Positions 1-9,762 of a stretch of DNA of 64,000 nt are shown here, piece after piece. The position numbers were made by a program, and so were the translations under genes. The first letter of the stretch is position 1; every line of letters starts with the position of its first letter. Origin of the DNA: Candidatus Multivoradales bacterium (GTDB taxonomy: Bacteria > Acidobacteriota > Thermoanaerobaculia > Multivoradales > J023); assembly GCA_965248925.1 (NCBI GenBank), contig CBDFLE010000006.1:1856001-1920000 (forward strand), written 5' to 3'. The notes beneath the pieces were generated by a model. It had not been told where the DNA came from. It was given only the letters and a program-made list of their open reading frames with translations, and made no database searches.

Positions 1-5
1 CGGAT

Positions 6-40
6 CGGCCAGCCTACCGGCCAGCCTACCGGCCAGCCAC
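6..40. repeat. 12-bp tandem repeat CGGCCAGCCTAC x2 plus a degenerate third copy
   Basis: Read directly: cggccagcctac cggccagcctac cggccagccac. Confidence 0.85.
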
Positions 41-120
41 AGACTAGCAAGAGGATAGCGCCGAGCAACCATGAGTGTGGATCCAATCATCCGACTGATC
101 TCAATCTTGTGGCCAAGCCG

Positions 121-1311
121 ATGAAGACCCGCTTGACAGAAGGCAGCGGACTCCGTCGCCCAGCCCGCTGGGGGGCCAACCTGGCGTTGGCGCTGGTCAG
201 TATTCTGGTGGTCTGGACAGCGATCGACCTGGCGGCCTTTTTCGCCTTCAAGATCCGACTGCCCGGCCACGCGCCGGAAAGATTTTTCCACCGCAGCCGG
301 CTGCTCGGCCACACTCACCGAGCAAACACTCGGGGCACCTGGTATCGCTACGCGGACGGCAGCCGGTTCGAGGTCGAGGTCAATCAACACGGCTTTGCCG
401 ATTCGCCGCGGGAGGTTCGCGGTAACAGGCCGCGCATCGCTTTGATCGGCGATTCGACCACCGAGTTCTGGGAAGCGGCGAAGGAAGATCGCGGGCAGTA
501 TCTGCTCGAGAACCTGCTTGACAATCGCTGGGAGGTGCTCAACTTCGGCGTCCGTGGCTTTGGTACCGACCAGAGTTTCTTGCAATTCTCCCTGCTCGGC
601 CACCACTTTGCCCCCGAGGTGGTGGTCTACACCTTCTGTATCAACGACATCCGCGACAATTTGACGGCCGACAACCGGCCCCACTTTGTCCTTGACCCGA
701 GCCAATCCGACGGCCTGCGGCTGGAGAATTTCCCGGTGCGGGCGGGCGCTGATTGGCTCAGCGGTGGCGGCCGCGGCTGGCTCGAAAGCCACTCCTGGGT
801 TTTTCGCTCGCTACGTGGCCGCCTACTACCCAAGCTCGCTCGCCTCCGCGGTGGCACGCCAGCGGCGGTCACCCTGGACCAGCATTTCGAACTCCGCCCC
901 TACCGCCGGCACTACGACGCCGAAGACCAGAGCGGCTGGCAGATCACCCGGCGGCTGATCAGTGCTCTTGATCGCTTTACCAAAGCCCGCGGCATGCGTT
1001 TGCTAGTAGTGGAAGGAATCTACCGGCCGGTGATGCAGCTAGGCAGCAAGAAATCACTGATCCGGCGCTACGGCGATGTTTTCGACTTCGGCCGCGTGAC
1101 CCGCCAGCTCGACCAGCACTGCACCGCTCAGGGCATCCCATTCCTCTCCCTTCCCCGAGAGGTCAGCCGGCAACAGCTCGATCCGGCCCAGCTGATGCAC
1201 TCCCAAGATTCCATGCACCTCGACCACCGCGGCATCGTGCTGTGGGCTGAGAGCGTCGCCGCGGAAATCGAGCGCCTCACCGCACCGCCGAACCCGGCCC
1301 CGTTGAAGTAG
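121..1311 (+). CDS. SGNH/GDSL hydrolase-fold protein with N-terminal membrane anchor (AlgX/AlgJ-like polysaccharide O-acyl modification)
   Basis: Block I IALIGDSTTE, block II NFGVRGFGTDQ, block III CINDI, block V DSMH. N-terminal TM segment. Start is 109 (GTG) or 121 (ATG). Confidence 0.75.
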   Translation: MKTRLTEGSGLRRPARWGANLALALVSILVVWTAIDLAAFFAFKIRLPGHAPERFFHRSRLLGHTHRANTRGTWYRYADGSRFEVEVNQHGFADSPREVRGNRPRIALIGDSTTEFWEAAKEDRGQYLLENLLDNRWEVLNFGVRGFGTDQSFLQFSLLGHHFAPEVVVYTFCINDIRDNLTADNRPHFVLDPSQSDGLRLENFPVRAGADWLSGGGRGWLESHSWVFRSLRGRLLPKLARLRGGTPAAVTLDQHFELRPYRRHYDAEDQSGWQITRRLISALDRFTKARGMRLLVVEGIYRPVMQLGSKKSLIRRYGDVFDFGRVTRQLDQHCTAQGIPFLSLPREVSRQQLDPAQLMHSQDSMHLDHRGIVLWAESVAAEIERLTAPPNPAPLK

Positions 1312-1339
1312 GCAAGAACTTCGGGCTAGAGTCGCCACG

Positions 1340-2227
1340 ATGTCCAGCGCCCAAGCCTCTCGGCCAGTCGAGCACCGCAATCTAGATCACTCTGATCTAG
1401 ACCACTGTAGCTGCCCCCTCTGCGGTAGCCGGCACCCCTCTGCGGTCCGTTTCAGCTTTCCACCGTTCGGGGTGGTTCGCTGCGGCGATTGCAGCCTTTG
1501 GTATCTGCGTCCCCGAGCTCCCGAAGGTGAGACCGTAGCCCTCTACCAAACCGACAGTTATTACTCCGGAACCGACGGCGGCGGCTACGGTGACTACCGC
1601 GCCCAAGAGGTCGCCCTGCGGCTGACCTTCCGCCGCTTTCTGCACCGCCTACAAGCCGCGGGAATGGCCGGCGGCGACTTGTTGGAGGTGGGGTGCGCCT
1701 ACGGATTCCTGCTTGACGAAGCACGCCCATACTTCACCCAACGGGCAGGACTAGACTTCTCCGGCGAAGCGTTGGCCAGCAGCCGCCAGCTGGCCGATCG
1801 GGTGTACCTCGGCGGGCTGCCGGCGGTCGACGACGGTAGCCGCTACCAAACCATCGTCGCCACCCAGGTAATCGAGCACGTCTACGATCCGCGCCTGTTC
1901 GTCGAGCAGGCTAGCCGGCTGCTGGCCCCGGGCGGCTGGCTAGTGCTGGCAACGCCGAACATGGGCAGTGCCTGGCGCCGCTTGATGGGCCGCCGCTGGC
2001 CATCGTTCAAGATCCCCGAGCACGTCACCTACTTCGACCGCCAGACCCTCGGTCGGCTACTGCGCCACGCCGGCCTCGGACAGACCACGGAAATCCCTTA
2101 TCCCCACGCCTTCCCCCTCGCCCTGGTGGCCGCCAAATTAGGCTTCAAAGTACAGCGCCGTTGGGCCGAAATCAGCTGGTGGATTCCCGCCACCACCCTG
2201 GCCCTCGCCGCTCGCAAGGAACCCTGA
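1340..2227 (+). CDS. Class I SAM-dependent methyltransferase with N-terminal zinc-binding domain
   Basis: CPLC...CGDC, motif I LLEVGCAYG, VIEHV, PEHVTYF. Confidence 0.85.
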   Translation: MSSAQASRPVEHRNLDHSDLDHCSCPLCGSRHPSAVRFSFPPFGVVRCGDCSLWYLRPRAPEGETVALYQTDSYYSGTDGGGYGDYRAQEVALRLTFRRFLHRLQAAGMAGGDLLEVGCAYGFLLDEARPYFTQRAGLDFSGEALASSRQLADRVYLGGLPAVDDGSRYQTIVATQVIEHVYDPRLFVEQASRLLAPGGWLVLATPNMGSAWRRLMGRRWPSFKIPEHVTYFDRQTLGRLLRHAGLGQTTEIPYPHAFPLALVAAKLGFKVQRRWAEISWWIPATTLALAARKEP

Positions 2228-2229
2228 AG

Positions 2230-4401
2230 GTGATCAACGGGGCCTTTTGGCTACTGCTGCCACTATGCTTGAGTGGGTTGCTGTGGCGTGATCGGGGCTT
2301 GGGTCGGGCTTGGTTGTGGGCGGGACTGGCGGGTCTGCTCCTGCTCTCTCCCACTTTGCTGCGCAGCGGCACTATCCCCAGCCCGGCCGGCAGCTTGGCT
2401 TCGTTGCCACCCTGGCAAGCGACCGGCGACGCGGCCAGCGGCAATCCCGAAATGCGCGACGTGACCTTCCAGGTGCAGCCGTGGTTGATCTACCTGCGGC
2501 ACGAACTGCGCGCCGGGCGACCCCCTTTTTGGAACCCCCACCATTATGCCGGCATGCCTTTCTGGTCGAACGGTTCGGCGGCGCCGCTCTTCCCGCTGCA
2601 CTTACTTTTCGCCGCCCTGCCGCTGGGCCTCGGTTTCGTGGTGCTGCCATTCGCCCGCATCGTCCTCGGCGGTTGCGGCGCTTTCTGCCTCGCCCGTCGC
2701 CTGGGCGCCAGCGAGCAAGGAGCACTGCTGCCGGCCATCGCCTACCCTCTTTCCGGCATGCTGGTGAGCTACGCCTTGTTTCCCATGGGCAATGCATTGG
2801 CCCTGGTGCCGTGGGTGCTGTGGGCGGTGGAAGGGCTGGCCAGCGCACGCGGCAGTTGGCGAGCACTGGCGGTGACCGGCGGCCTGCAATTGCTCGCCGG
2901 CCACCCCGAGACCTGTCTGCACACGGCGCTGCTCTGCGGCGTCTATCTGCTGGGCCGCGGTGCTAGCGGACGCGCTTGGGCCGGCCTGATCGGCGGCTGG
3001 ACGGCGGCCTCAGCTTTGGCGGCGGTGCAGATCGTGCCCCTGGCCAGCACCCTATTCGACAGCAGCCGCTGGCAGCACGCGGCCGAAGTAGGATCGTTGA
3101 ACTTCAGCGAGGTGGCTCCGCAGCTGCTGCGCTGGGTTTGGCCGAGCCCCTGGGGCATGCCCAGCCAGCACGACTACTGGGGTGTGTTCCCGTGGGTGGC
3201 CAGTGCGGCGTATGTCGGTATTGTCAGCTTGGTGCTGGCGGTCGCTGGCATCGCCTCGGCCCGGCACCAGGCGCCCTGGCGGGGTTTGGTAGCGCTCGGC
3301 GGCGTGGCCTTGGCGGGTGCCTATCAACTCCCCGTGGCAAGCGAGCTTCTCGGCGCCCTGCCGCTGGTCGGTCAAGCTCCGCCCCATCGATTGATCTTCG
3401 GTGTCGAGTTGACGTTGGCAGTGTTGGCGGCAGCTGGCTACGACCGCTGGCTAGGCGGTCGCCAGCGCGGGACCTTGGCGGGCGGCAGCCTGCTATTGCT
3501 GCTGATCGCCAGCGGTGGTTGGCACCTGGGCCGGCAGTGGCACGCTCGCGGCGAACTCGTCGAGCAAGCGCTGTGGGCCGTTGGCGCCCTACTGATTGCC
3601 GGCCTTCTGGCTTGGGCTAGCCGCGGTGGACTCGTCTTCCGCCAGCGGCTGGCGGCGCTCTTACCTCTGCTGCTAGCCGCCGATCTGGCGCTCGCTCACC
3701 ACCAGGCCAACTCGACTCTTGAACTCGACCGCCTCTATCCACCAACCGCCGCCATCAGTTTCCTACAAGAGCAGGACGGCCGGGTCGCTGGCCTCGGCCC
3801 GGCGCTTCATGCCAACGCAGCGATGGTCTATGACCTCTACGACCCACGCGGCGACGAGTCGATCAAGATGGAGCGCTACGAGCGCTACTACGCGGCTCTC
3901 GCCCGGCCTGAGCCGATCTACTCGCTACCGATCAGCCAGTGGCGGCAACCGCGACTCGACGATTTGGGCTTGAAATGGGTGCTCGGCGGCCCCCACCAGC
4001 CAGCCCCTGATCAAAGTTGGCAGCTGACTTACCAGGGTGAAGACGGGCGGGTCTGGCAACGCCCCACTGCCCTGCCGCTGGTGCGCTGGCAAGGATCCGC
4101 GGCTACCGCCGGCTTGCACATCGAGACGCGCCAGCCCGGCCACTGGAAACTCGCCTGGCAGAGCGCCGAGCAGCGCACGCTGGTGGTGGCGGAGTGCTGG
4201 GATCGAGGTTGGCGGGCGCGGATCGATGGCCGTGCAGTCAGCCTCGGCTTGGAGGACGACGTCTTCCTCGCCGTCGAGGTCGGCCCCGGAAAGGGCCACC
4301 TGGAGCTGATCTACCGGCCCCACGGGATCGGCCTTGGCCTGCTGCTCAGCGGCCTGGGTTTGGTGTCGTTGTGGGTATGGCGGCGACAGCCGCCGTGCTG
4401 A
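2230..4401 (+). CDS. YfhO-family polytopic membrane protein (putative GT-C glycosyltransferase)
   Basis: PFWNPHHYAGMPF, LAGHPE, C-terminal VAECWDRGWRARIDG, many TM helices. GTG at 2230 follows the upstream stop. Confidence 0.8.
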   Translation: MINGAFWLLLPLCLSGLLWRDRGLGRAWLWAGLAGLLLLSPTLLRSGTIPSPAGSLASLPPWQATGDAASGNPEMRDVTFQVQPWLIYLRHELRAGRPPFWNPHHYAGMPFWSNGSAAPLFPLHLLFAALPLGLGFVVLPFARIVLGGCGAFCLARRLGASEQGALLPAIAYPLSGMLVSYALFPMGNALALVPWVLWAVEGLASARGSWRALAVTGGLQLLAGHPETCLHTALLCGVYLLGRGASGRAWAGLIGGWTAASALAAVQIVPLASTLFDSSRWQHAAEVGSLNFSEVAPQLLRWVWPSPWGMPSQHDYWGVFPWVASAAYVGIVSLVLAVAGIASARHQAPWRGLVALGGVALAGAYQLPVASELLGALPLVGQAPPHRLIFGVELTLAVLAAAGYDRWLGGRQRGTLAGGSLLLLLIASGGWHLGRQWHARGELVEQALWAVGALLIAGLLAWASRGGLVFRQRLAALLPLLLAADLALAHHQANSTLELDRLYPPTAAISFLQEQDGRVAGLGPALHANAAMVYDLYDPRGDESIKMERYERYYAALARPEPIYSLPISQWRQPRLDDLGLKWVLGGPHQPAPDQSWQLTYQGEDGRVWQRPTALPLVRWQGSAATAGLHIETRQPGHWKLAWQSAEQRTLVVAECWDRGWRARIDGRAVSLGLEDDVFLAVEVGPGKGHLELIYRPHGIGLGLLLSGLGLVSLWVWRRQPPC

Positions 4402-4568
4402 GCACTCAGCAAGACAACTGTGACCAGAACCTAGACGCGAGCCGAGCAAGCTCCGTAAGAACATGTCAGAAGAGCATGGCGCGGCTTTGGTCCCCGCCTG
4501 AATCTCCCCAATCCTCAAGACTCTCTCTTTCGCCCTGCTGTTGTAGGGCTTTTCTTTTGCAATCAGAG

Positions 4569-5147
4569 CTAGCCAGGAGGCGCGGCCGCCGGCCTACGGC
4601 GGTGGCTGCGCTGACGCTCTTGCAACCGCTGCCGCGCGCGGCGCTCTCGGGACCGTCCGCCGCCTTGGGCCAATTGCCGCACCCGGGCGAGAAAACGACT
4701 GAACCTCTGCCGCTGCTGGTCGTCGAGCAACTCGCGAGTCGCCACCATGTTGTCGACAAAGGCCCGCTCCTGAGCGGCGTAAGCCGCAACCAACTCATCG
4801 AGCAAGTGGTCGATACTCTGGCGATCGGACTCAGCAGCCGCGATCTCGTGGACCAACTGCTTCTGCACTTCGCGAAAATGACGGTGAGCTTGCAGCGTTT
4901 TCTGGAAAAAACGGCGCTGTTGCCTAGAAAACAGGCGCCGCTTCTCATCTTGCAAACCAAGCTCATCGGCCATTCGCCTCACAAACGGTCCGATCCGCCC
5001 CTCGATCCGTGACAACTCTTGCTCAAGGGCAAGGGACTGTCGCGGCTGGAGTTTCTGGCTTAACTTGCCAGAAGCGAAGGCCAACATGAGGCCGATGTTG
5101 ATACCCACCGACAGCAGCAGCAGAATTAACAGCCACCAACGCTTCAC
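4569..5147 (-). CDS. Periplasmic Spy/CpxP/heavy-metal-sensor family protein
   Basis: LLSVGINIG TM segment, LGLQDEKR and LLDDQQRQRF LTxxQ-like motifs. Third gene of an ECF operon. Confidence 0.7.
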   Translation of the reverse strand: MKRWWLLILLLLSVGINIGLMLAFASGKLSQKLQPRQSLALEQELSRIEGRIGPFVRRMADELGLQDEKRRLFSRQQRRFFQKTLQAHRHFREVQKQLVHEIAAAESDRQSIDHLLDELVAAYAAQERAFVDNMVATRELLDDQQRQRFSRFLARVRQLAQGGGRSRERRARQRLQERQRSHRRRPAAAPPG

Positions 5148-5617
5148 GGCGAGTCCTTGTCAGCATCAAGCCTAGGGTCTTCGGCCAAGATTTGCCAGTA
5201 GGACTCTGCCAATCCCGGAGCGTCGAGTAGCTGGCTCAGCAAGTCGGCGTCGTAACCGGCGTCGTTGTCAGCCGCGCCACCTCCCACTGAGAACCCGGGG
5301 CCTACCACCACGTTGCCCAACAACACCCCGGCAAGCAACGCCACGGTGGCAGCCGCTCGCGCCCACCGCGGTGCGGCTGCCCAACTCCAACTGGTCTCGC
5401 CGCGCCGCGCCGCCACGACCACCTGCTGGCGCCAATGCCCCGGCAGCGGGCTCAGCGGCGCTAGCTCGAGCCCTTGCCAGGTGCCTTCGAGTTCCTGCCA
5501 CCGCAGCCGCAACTCAACGTCCATCCGCAGCCGCTGGCGCAGTTCAGCAGCCTCGGCACCACCCAACTCGTCGTGGAGAAGGCGCAGCAGCTGACGTTCG
5601 TCGATGGCTTGGTTCAT
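5144..5617 (-). CDS. Putative single-pass membrane anti-sigma factor
   Basis: N-terminal LLHDEL anti-sigma-like helix and one TM. 4-bp overlaps with both neighbours. Confidence 0.65.
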   Translation of the reverse strand: MNQAIDERQLLRLLHDELGGAEAAELRQRLRMDVELRLRWQELEGTWQGLELAPLSPLPGHWRQQVVVAARRGETSWSWAAAPRWARAAATVALLAGVLLGNVVVGPGFSVGGGAADNDAGYDADLLSQLLDAPGLAESYWQILAEDPRLDADKDSP

Positions 5618-6246
5618 CTGCTTCTCTTTCGACCCACCAGCGGTCTTGCCGGCTGGTCTCGGAATTCCTTGCGCAAGCGGGTCATGGCGCGGTGTAAGCG
5701 ACTCTCGACAGCGCTCTCGGTGATCTCTAGAACCGCTGCGATTTGGCGGTAACTCAATCCCTCGAAACGAGCCAATACCAACACCGCCCGTTGCCCCGCC
5801 GGCAAGCCGTCGATCATTCGCCGCGTGCGCTGCCAGCGACGCCGCGAATCGAGCCGCCGCGCCGCATCCGGCGCCGCATCGGGGGGATCGAAGGTGAGTC
5901 CCTTCTCAGCCACCCGTGGCACCTCGGCGAACGACAGAAACCGCACTACCTTGCGCCGCCGTAAGCGATTCAAGCAGTGATTGACGGCGATCCGATAAAG
6001 CCAGGTGTAAACCTTGCCCCGAGGCCGGTAGCGGCCGGCGTTGCGATAGGCTTTGAGCAGAACCTCTTGAACCGCGTCGCGCGCCTCCTCGGCATTCCCC
6101 AGCATGCGTTGGCAAAGCCTCGCCAAGCGCTCTCCGTGGCGCTCTACCAGGATCGCGAACGACTCGGCGTCGCCCTGTGCCACCCGCTCGATCAAGGGTA
6201 GATCTTGATCCACCTCGGCAGCAGCTGGCGGCTCTTCGACAGTCAT
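5614..6246 (-). CDS. ECF sigma-70 factor
   Basis: EARDAVQEVLLKAY, TWLYRIAVN, EGLSYRQIAAVL, VESRLHRA. Start is 6246 or 6327. Confidence 0.9.
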   Translation of the reverse strand: MTVEEPPAAAEVDQDLPLIERVAQGDAESFAILVERHGERLARLCQRMLGNAEEARDAVQEVLLKAYRNAGRYRPRGKVYTWLYRIAVNHCLNRLRRRKVVRFLSFAEVPRVAEKGLTFDPPDAAPDAARRLDSRRRWQRTRRMIDGLPAGQRAVLVLARFEGLSYRQIAAVLEITESAVESRLHRAMTRLRKEFRDQPARPLVGRKRSR

Positions 6247-6544
6247 TGTCGCTCTACTTGTGGCCGGTCCGAGCGCCCAGGAAGCTGCGGCTCTGCAAAT
6301 AACCGTGCCGCTTGCCGAGATCTCCATGCACGGTGCAAACCGCCAACTGGTCTTTTCTTGCGGCCGATCTTCCGGCCCATGAGACCGGGGTGAAAGTCAG
6401 GCACAGGCGAGAGCGAGGGGTTTGGGGCCAGATCACGGCGCGGAATCGTGGAAATATCGATGCTATCTCAAGATTTCGCAACGCTAAGCTGGCCCCAAGG
6501 CGCCGCTCGCAGCGTGACTTGACTTTCACTACGGGCTCCCGTGT

Positions 6545-9259
6545 TCAGAGCCGGATCTGGTCGAGCCTCTCGAGAACCTCATGTGCCGCTCGCGGGCGAT
6601 CTGCGGCGGCTTTGGCCAGGCAGTGCAACACCAACTGCTCAAGATCCGGCCCCACCTCATCGCTGAGGCTGCTGAGGGCCGCCGGCTGCTCGCCGACATG
6701 CTTGGCAAAAATCTCCGCCGGGCTGCCGGCGGTGAACGGCAGCTCGCCGGTGAACATCTCGTAGAACATCACCCCGAGGGAGTAGAGGTCGGTGTGGGCG
6801 CCAGGTTCGCGACTCTGAATCTGCTCCGGCGCCAGATAGTAAGGCGATCCAACCACCTCGCCACCAGCGATGTTCTGCGGCACTGCCAAACCGAAATCCA
6901 TCCACTGTGGATTGCCGCTGGGCTCGACCAACACATTCTCGGGTTTCAGACCCAGGTGTAGTACTTTCTCCTGATGCGCCGCTGCCAGACCAGCGGTCAT
7001 GCGGCGGGCCAGCTGCAAGGCCGCCAGCAGAGGTAGACGGCTACTCTGGTCGAGCAGGTAGCGCAGATTGACCCCACGAACGTACGCGGTGGCGACAAAG
7101 GGCAAGCCATCGACTTCGGCAAAATCGAGGATGGTCTGCACATTCGGATGCTGAATACCCCGTGCTTGCAAAATCTGGCTCTTCAGCCGCTGCATCCGCA
7201 GCGGGTCGACCAACACTTCGGGACGAAGCATCTTCAGGGTCAAATAGTCGTGAGTCTCGCGATCCCGAACCTTGTAGACCACCGCCGAGCGGCCGGCTCC
7301 GAGTTGCGCCAAGACCTCGAAACGATTGCCGAGCAGTACCCCGGGGGCAATTTCAGCCATGCTCCTAGCATCACCACCGAGTGGGCTCTCCAGTGGCTGA
7401 GCCGACTGCACACCGGTCACTCGGCCGGCAATTTCGGCACTGACCAGGTAGAGGGCCTGGGTGCTGACCAGGCCCCGTTGCGGGTTGATCGTCACCTCGG
7501 CGCGCTGAAAAGCGGGTGCCAATTCGCCGTAGATCGCCGCCGACAACAGCAGATCCCCGGGAGTAGCTTCACGCAGCAGGCTTTCGAGCTGCTGCATCGG
7601 CAACCCAAGAACGGCGCTGGTTTGCCGGTCGCCCCAATTTGCCGAGCCGCTAACCACTGGACCAGAGGTCATCGCCACCAACGGCGGCTGCGGATCGTCG
7701 AAGACGTTCTCACGCTCGGTCAGCAGCAACACCACCTCGGTAGCCGCCGCCAGCGCCTGCAGAGCAGCGTCGTCGCCCTCGAAACTGGCCAGGACCCGAT
7801 GGCCGAAAACCGCCTCGGGACGCCCTCGATGGGCCGCCACTGCAGAGCCGATACGCTGCAAATCGCGGCTCAGGCGATCGACACTCTCTTCGGGATCGTA
7901 GCCCAGTTTGGGGTTGGCGAAACGGCGCATCTCGACCGCCAACAGGGCCGCATTCTTGACCCTTGGGCGCTGGATCACCTCGCTCTTAGAGGGCTCCGGC
8001 AAATGACGCGAAACATGGCTGACCAGCGATCCCAGAGCTTCTTTCTCGCGCAGATCACTCAGTAAGTCCGACAGCGAATCGGCCAAGCGGCCAACCTCGC
8101 CTTCAGCACTCGCTGGCAGCGCAAGATCGTAATGGCTGGCACGGGCCTGCTGAGCTACCGCGACGAGCTGTCGCACCGGTGCCAGAGTGCGGCGGGAGAT
8201 CAACAGCGCCGAGAGCAAGGCGCAGATCAAGCCAAGCCCACCGAGTAGCAGCAATACTCTCTGCAAATCACCTACGGCGCTCCGGCCCGTCGGCGAGGTG
8301 AGCGCCAAGAGCCCGCCGATGGGCTGTTCGACGGCATCATGCAAGGGTATCAACAAGCCTGTCCGCTGCTGCTCATCGAGCTCCAGCTCGATACCATCGA
8401 CCCGCTCGCCGCGCTCCAAGGTGCGCGACAAAGCATCCCCAGCGAGGCGCAGAGCCGGCATCAGCTGGTCGCTCTCAGCCGGCGACAGGGTGCTGGCCAA
8501 AACCCGCGGCCCAGCCGCCATCGAACTGAGAAAAACGGTGTCGAGTTGGTCGCTGCGTTTGAGCTGCCGATAGAAGGCATCGTCGATTGCGAAACCAACC
8601 AGCATGTAGCCGATAAAATCAAAGTCACGCGCCAGGGGCACCGCCAAGGTATCGAACATGCGTCCTTCGTGGGCCCAGACGCCAAAGGCCTGGTCCTCGC
8701 GCAACGCCACATCGAGTAAGGGATTGCCGGAATAGTCCTCGCCCGCGAGGTCGGGATCGTCGGTACGAATCAGGGTACGCTTGTTGCGATCGAGAACTAC
8801 CGCCAGATCAAAATGCAGCCGATTCTGATATTCCTCGACCAGATCGAGCACTTTGCGTCCGTCGCTGGCCTCGACGGCCTCGACGATGTAACGAGTCAGC
8901 GCCGGATCGGTCGAGAAGATTCTCGCCACCATGCGCAACTGCTGGTAGCGCTGCTGTTGAAAAGCGTTGTGCACCGCCAGATGGCCCGCCAATCGCTCGT
9001 CGACCCCTCCGCCAGTAGGCTTCGAGTCGAGCTGCGAGACCACCAAGTAGGCAGCGCCGAGGGTCAGAAGCAACAGCAATGCCATCCAGCCGAAGATCCA
9101 CAGCCACAGTGGAAGCCCGAACCTTTTCTTACGCGCCACCTTTGCAGTCCTCTCGGCGATGTGGAGGCCGCTGCCCGTGCTCGAAGAGAGGGCTTGGCCG
9201 GAGATTGATGAGTCGGAAAAACCGGATAGTAACTGTATCAAAAGCCGAGCCGGCGTCAC
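6545..9259 (-). CDS. Membrane receptor: TM-Cache-like-TM-HAMP, degenerate class III cyclase domain, Hanks-type kinase-like domain (probable pseudokinase)
   Basis: Two TMs, HAMP-like PVRQL...GEVGRLADSL, cyclase-like fold motifs, LGAGRSAVVYK, HLGLKPEN, DFG, YLAPEQ. Start uncertain. Confidence 0.75.
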   Translation of the reverse strand: MTPARLLIQLLSGFSDSSISGQALSSSTGSGLHIAERTAKVARKKRFGLPLWLWIFGWMALLLLLTLGAAYLVVSQLDSKPTGGGVDERLAGHLAVHNAFQQQRYQQLRMVARIFSTDPALTRYIVEAVEASDGRKVLDLVEEYQNRLHFDLAVVLDRNKRTLIRTDDPDLAGEDYSGNPLLDVALREDQAFGVWAHEGRMFDTLAVPLARDFDFIGYMLVGFAIDDAFYRQLKRSDQLDTVFLSSMAAGPRVLASTLSPAESDQLMPALRLAGDALSRTLERGERVDGIELELDEQQRTGLLIPLHDAVEQPIGGLLALTSPTGRSAVGDLQRVLLLLGGLGLICALLSALLISRRTLAPVRQLVAVAQQARASHYDLALPASAEGEVGRLADSLSDLLSDLREKEALGSLVSHVSRHLPEPSKSEVIQRPRVKNAALLAVEMRRFANPKLGYDPEESVDRLSRDLQRIGSAVAAHRGRPEAVFGHRVLASFEGDDAALQALAAATEVVLLLTERENVFDDPQPPLVAMTSGPVVSGSANWGDRQTSAVLGLPMQQLESLLREATPGDLLLSAAIYGELAPAFQRAEVTINPQRGLVSTQALYLVSAEIAGRVTGVQSAQPLESPLGGDARSMAEIAPGVLLGNRFEVLAQLGAGRSAVVYKVRDRETHDYLTLKMLRPEVLVDPLRMQRLKSQILQARGIQHPNVQTILDFAEVDGLPFVATAYVRGVNLRYLLDQSSRLPLLAALQLARRMTAGLAAAHQEKVLHLGLKPENVLVEPSGNPQWMDFGLAVPQNIAGGEVVGSPYYLAPEQIQSREPGAHTDLYSLGVMFYEMFTGELPFTAGSPAEIFAKHVGEQPAALSSLSDEVGPDLEQLVLHCLAKAAADRPRAAHEVLERLDQIRL

Positions 9260-9279
9260 CGGCCCTCACCGCCCCTCAC

Positions 9280-9762
9280 TCACTCTGCGGAGCCGTACTT
9301 GGTCACGGGTTCATTTACCGTATCAACCACTGCCAGGAAGGGATTTACCACCCGCACTGTGCCGTAAGTTCGGCGGTCTTGAAAATCCTCTGAGATCAGC
9401 TCTGGCAAGCCGTAGACCTCGGCGTAGGCCCACAGGTGAGCATCGAACCATGACAACTGGTAGGTGGCGGCGCCACGCAGAGCAGTGCGTACGATCTCCT
9501 CGTTCGGGAACAACACCGTGAATTGGGCCAAGAAGCTCTCCGCTTCGCGAAAGGCCTCATGCGGTGTTAGCAATGGGCGCCCATCGAGAGTGGCCTGCGG
9601 GCGCGAGGTGGCAGCAACGAACTCGATCACCGCCTGATGCGGCAGGCAAACGGAACCAAACTCGATGCCCTCAGCCAGCAGCCGCCGAGCAACGCGCTGC
9701 TTGTTGGGAAAACGAGGGTCGTAGCGATAGACCAGGATGTTGGTATCAATCAGAGCTGCCAC
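9280..9762 (-). CDS. vapC: PIN-domain VapC toxin
   Basis: LIDTNILVY, QAVIEF, SWFDAHL, SEDF. GTG at 9762 overlaps the antitoxin end. Confidence 0.88.
   Translation of the reverse strand: MAALIDTNILVYRYDPRFPNKQRVARRLLAEGIEFGSVCLPHQAVIEFVAATSRPQATLDGRPLLTPHEAFREAESFLAQFTVLFPNEEIVRTALRGAATYQLSWFDAHLWAYAEVYGLPELISEDFQDRRTYGTVRVVNPFLAVVDTVNEPVTKYGSAE

Noticed and set aside
6-40. Short repeats as a possible CRISPR array (also 23657-23694 and 30183-30242)
   Set aside because: Units are 11-15 bp, contiguous and without spacers, and no cas genes were recognised.
6294-6312. sigma54-like CGGCACGGTTATTTGC upstream of the first ECF (minus strand)
   Set aside because: GG-to-GC spacing is 11 nt, not the required 10.
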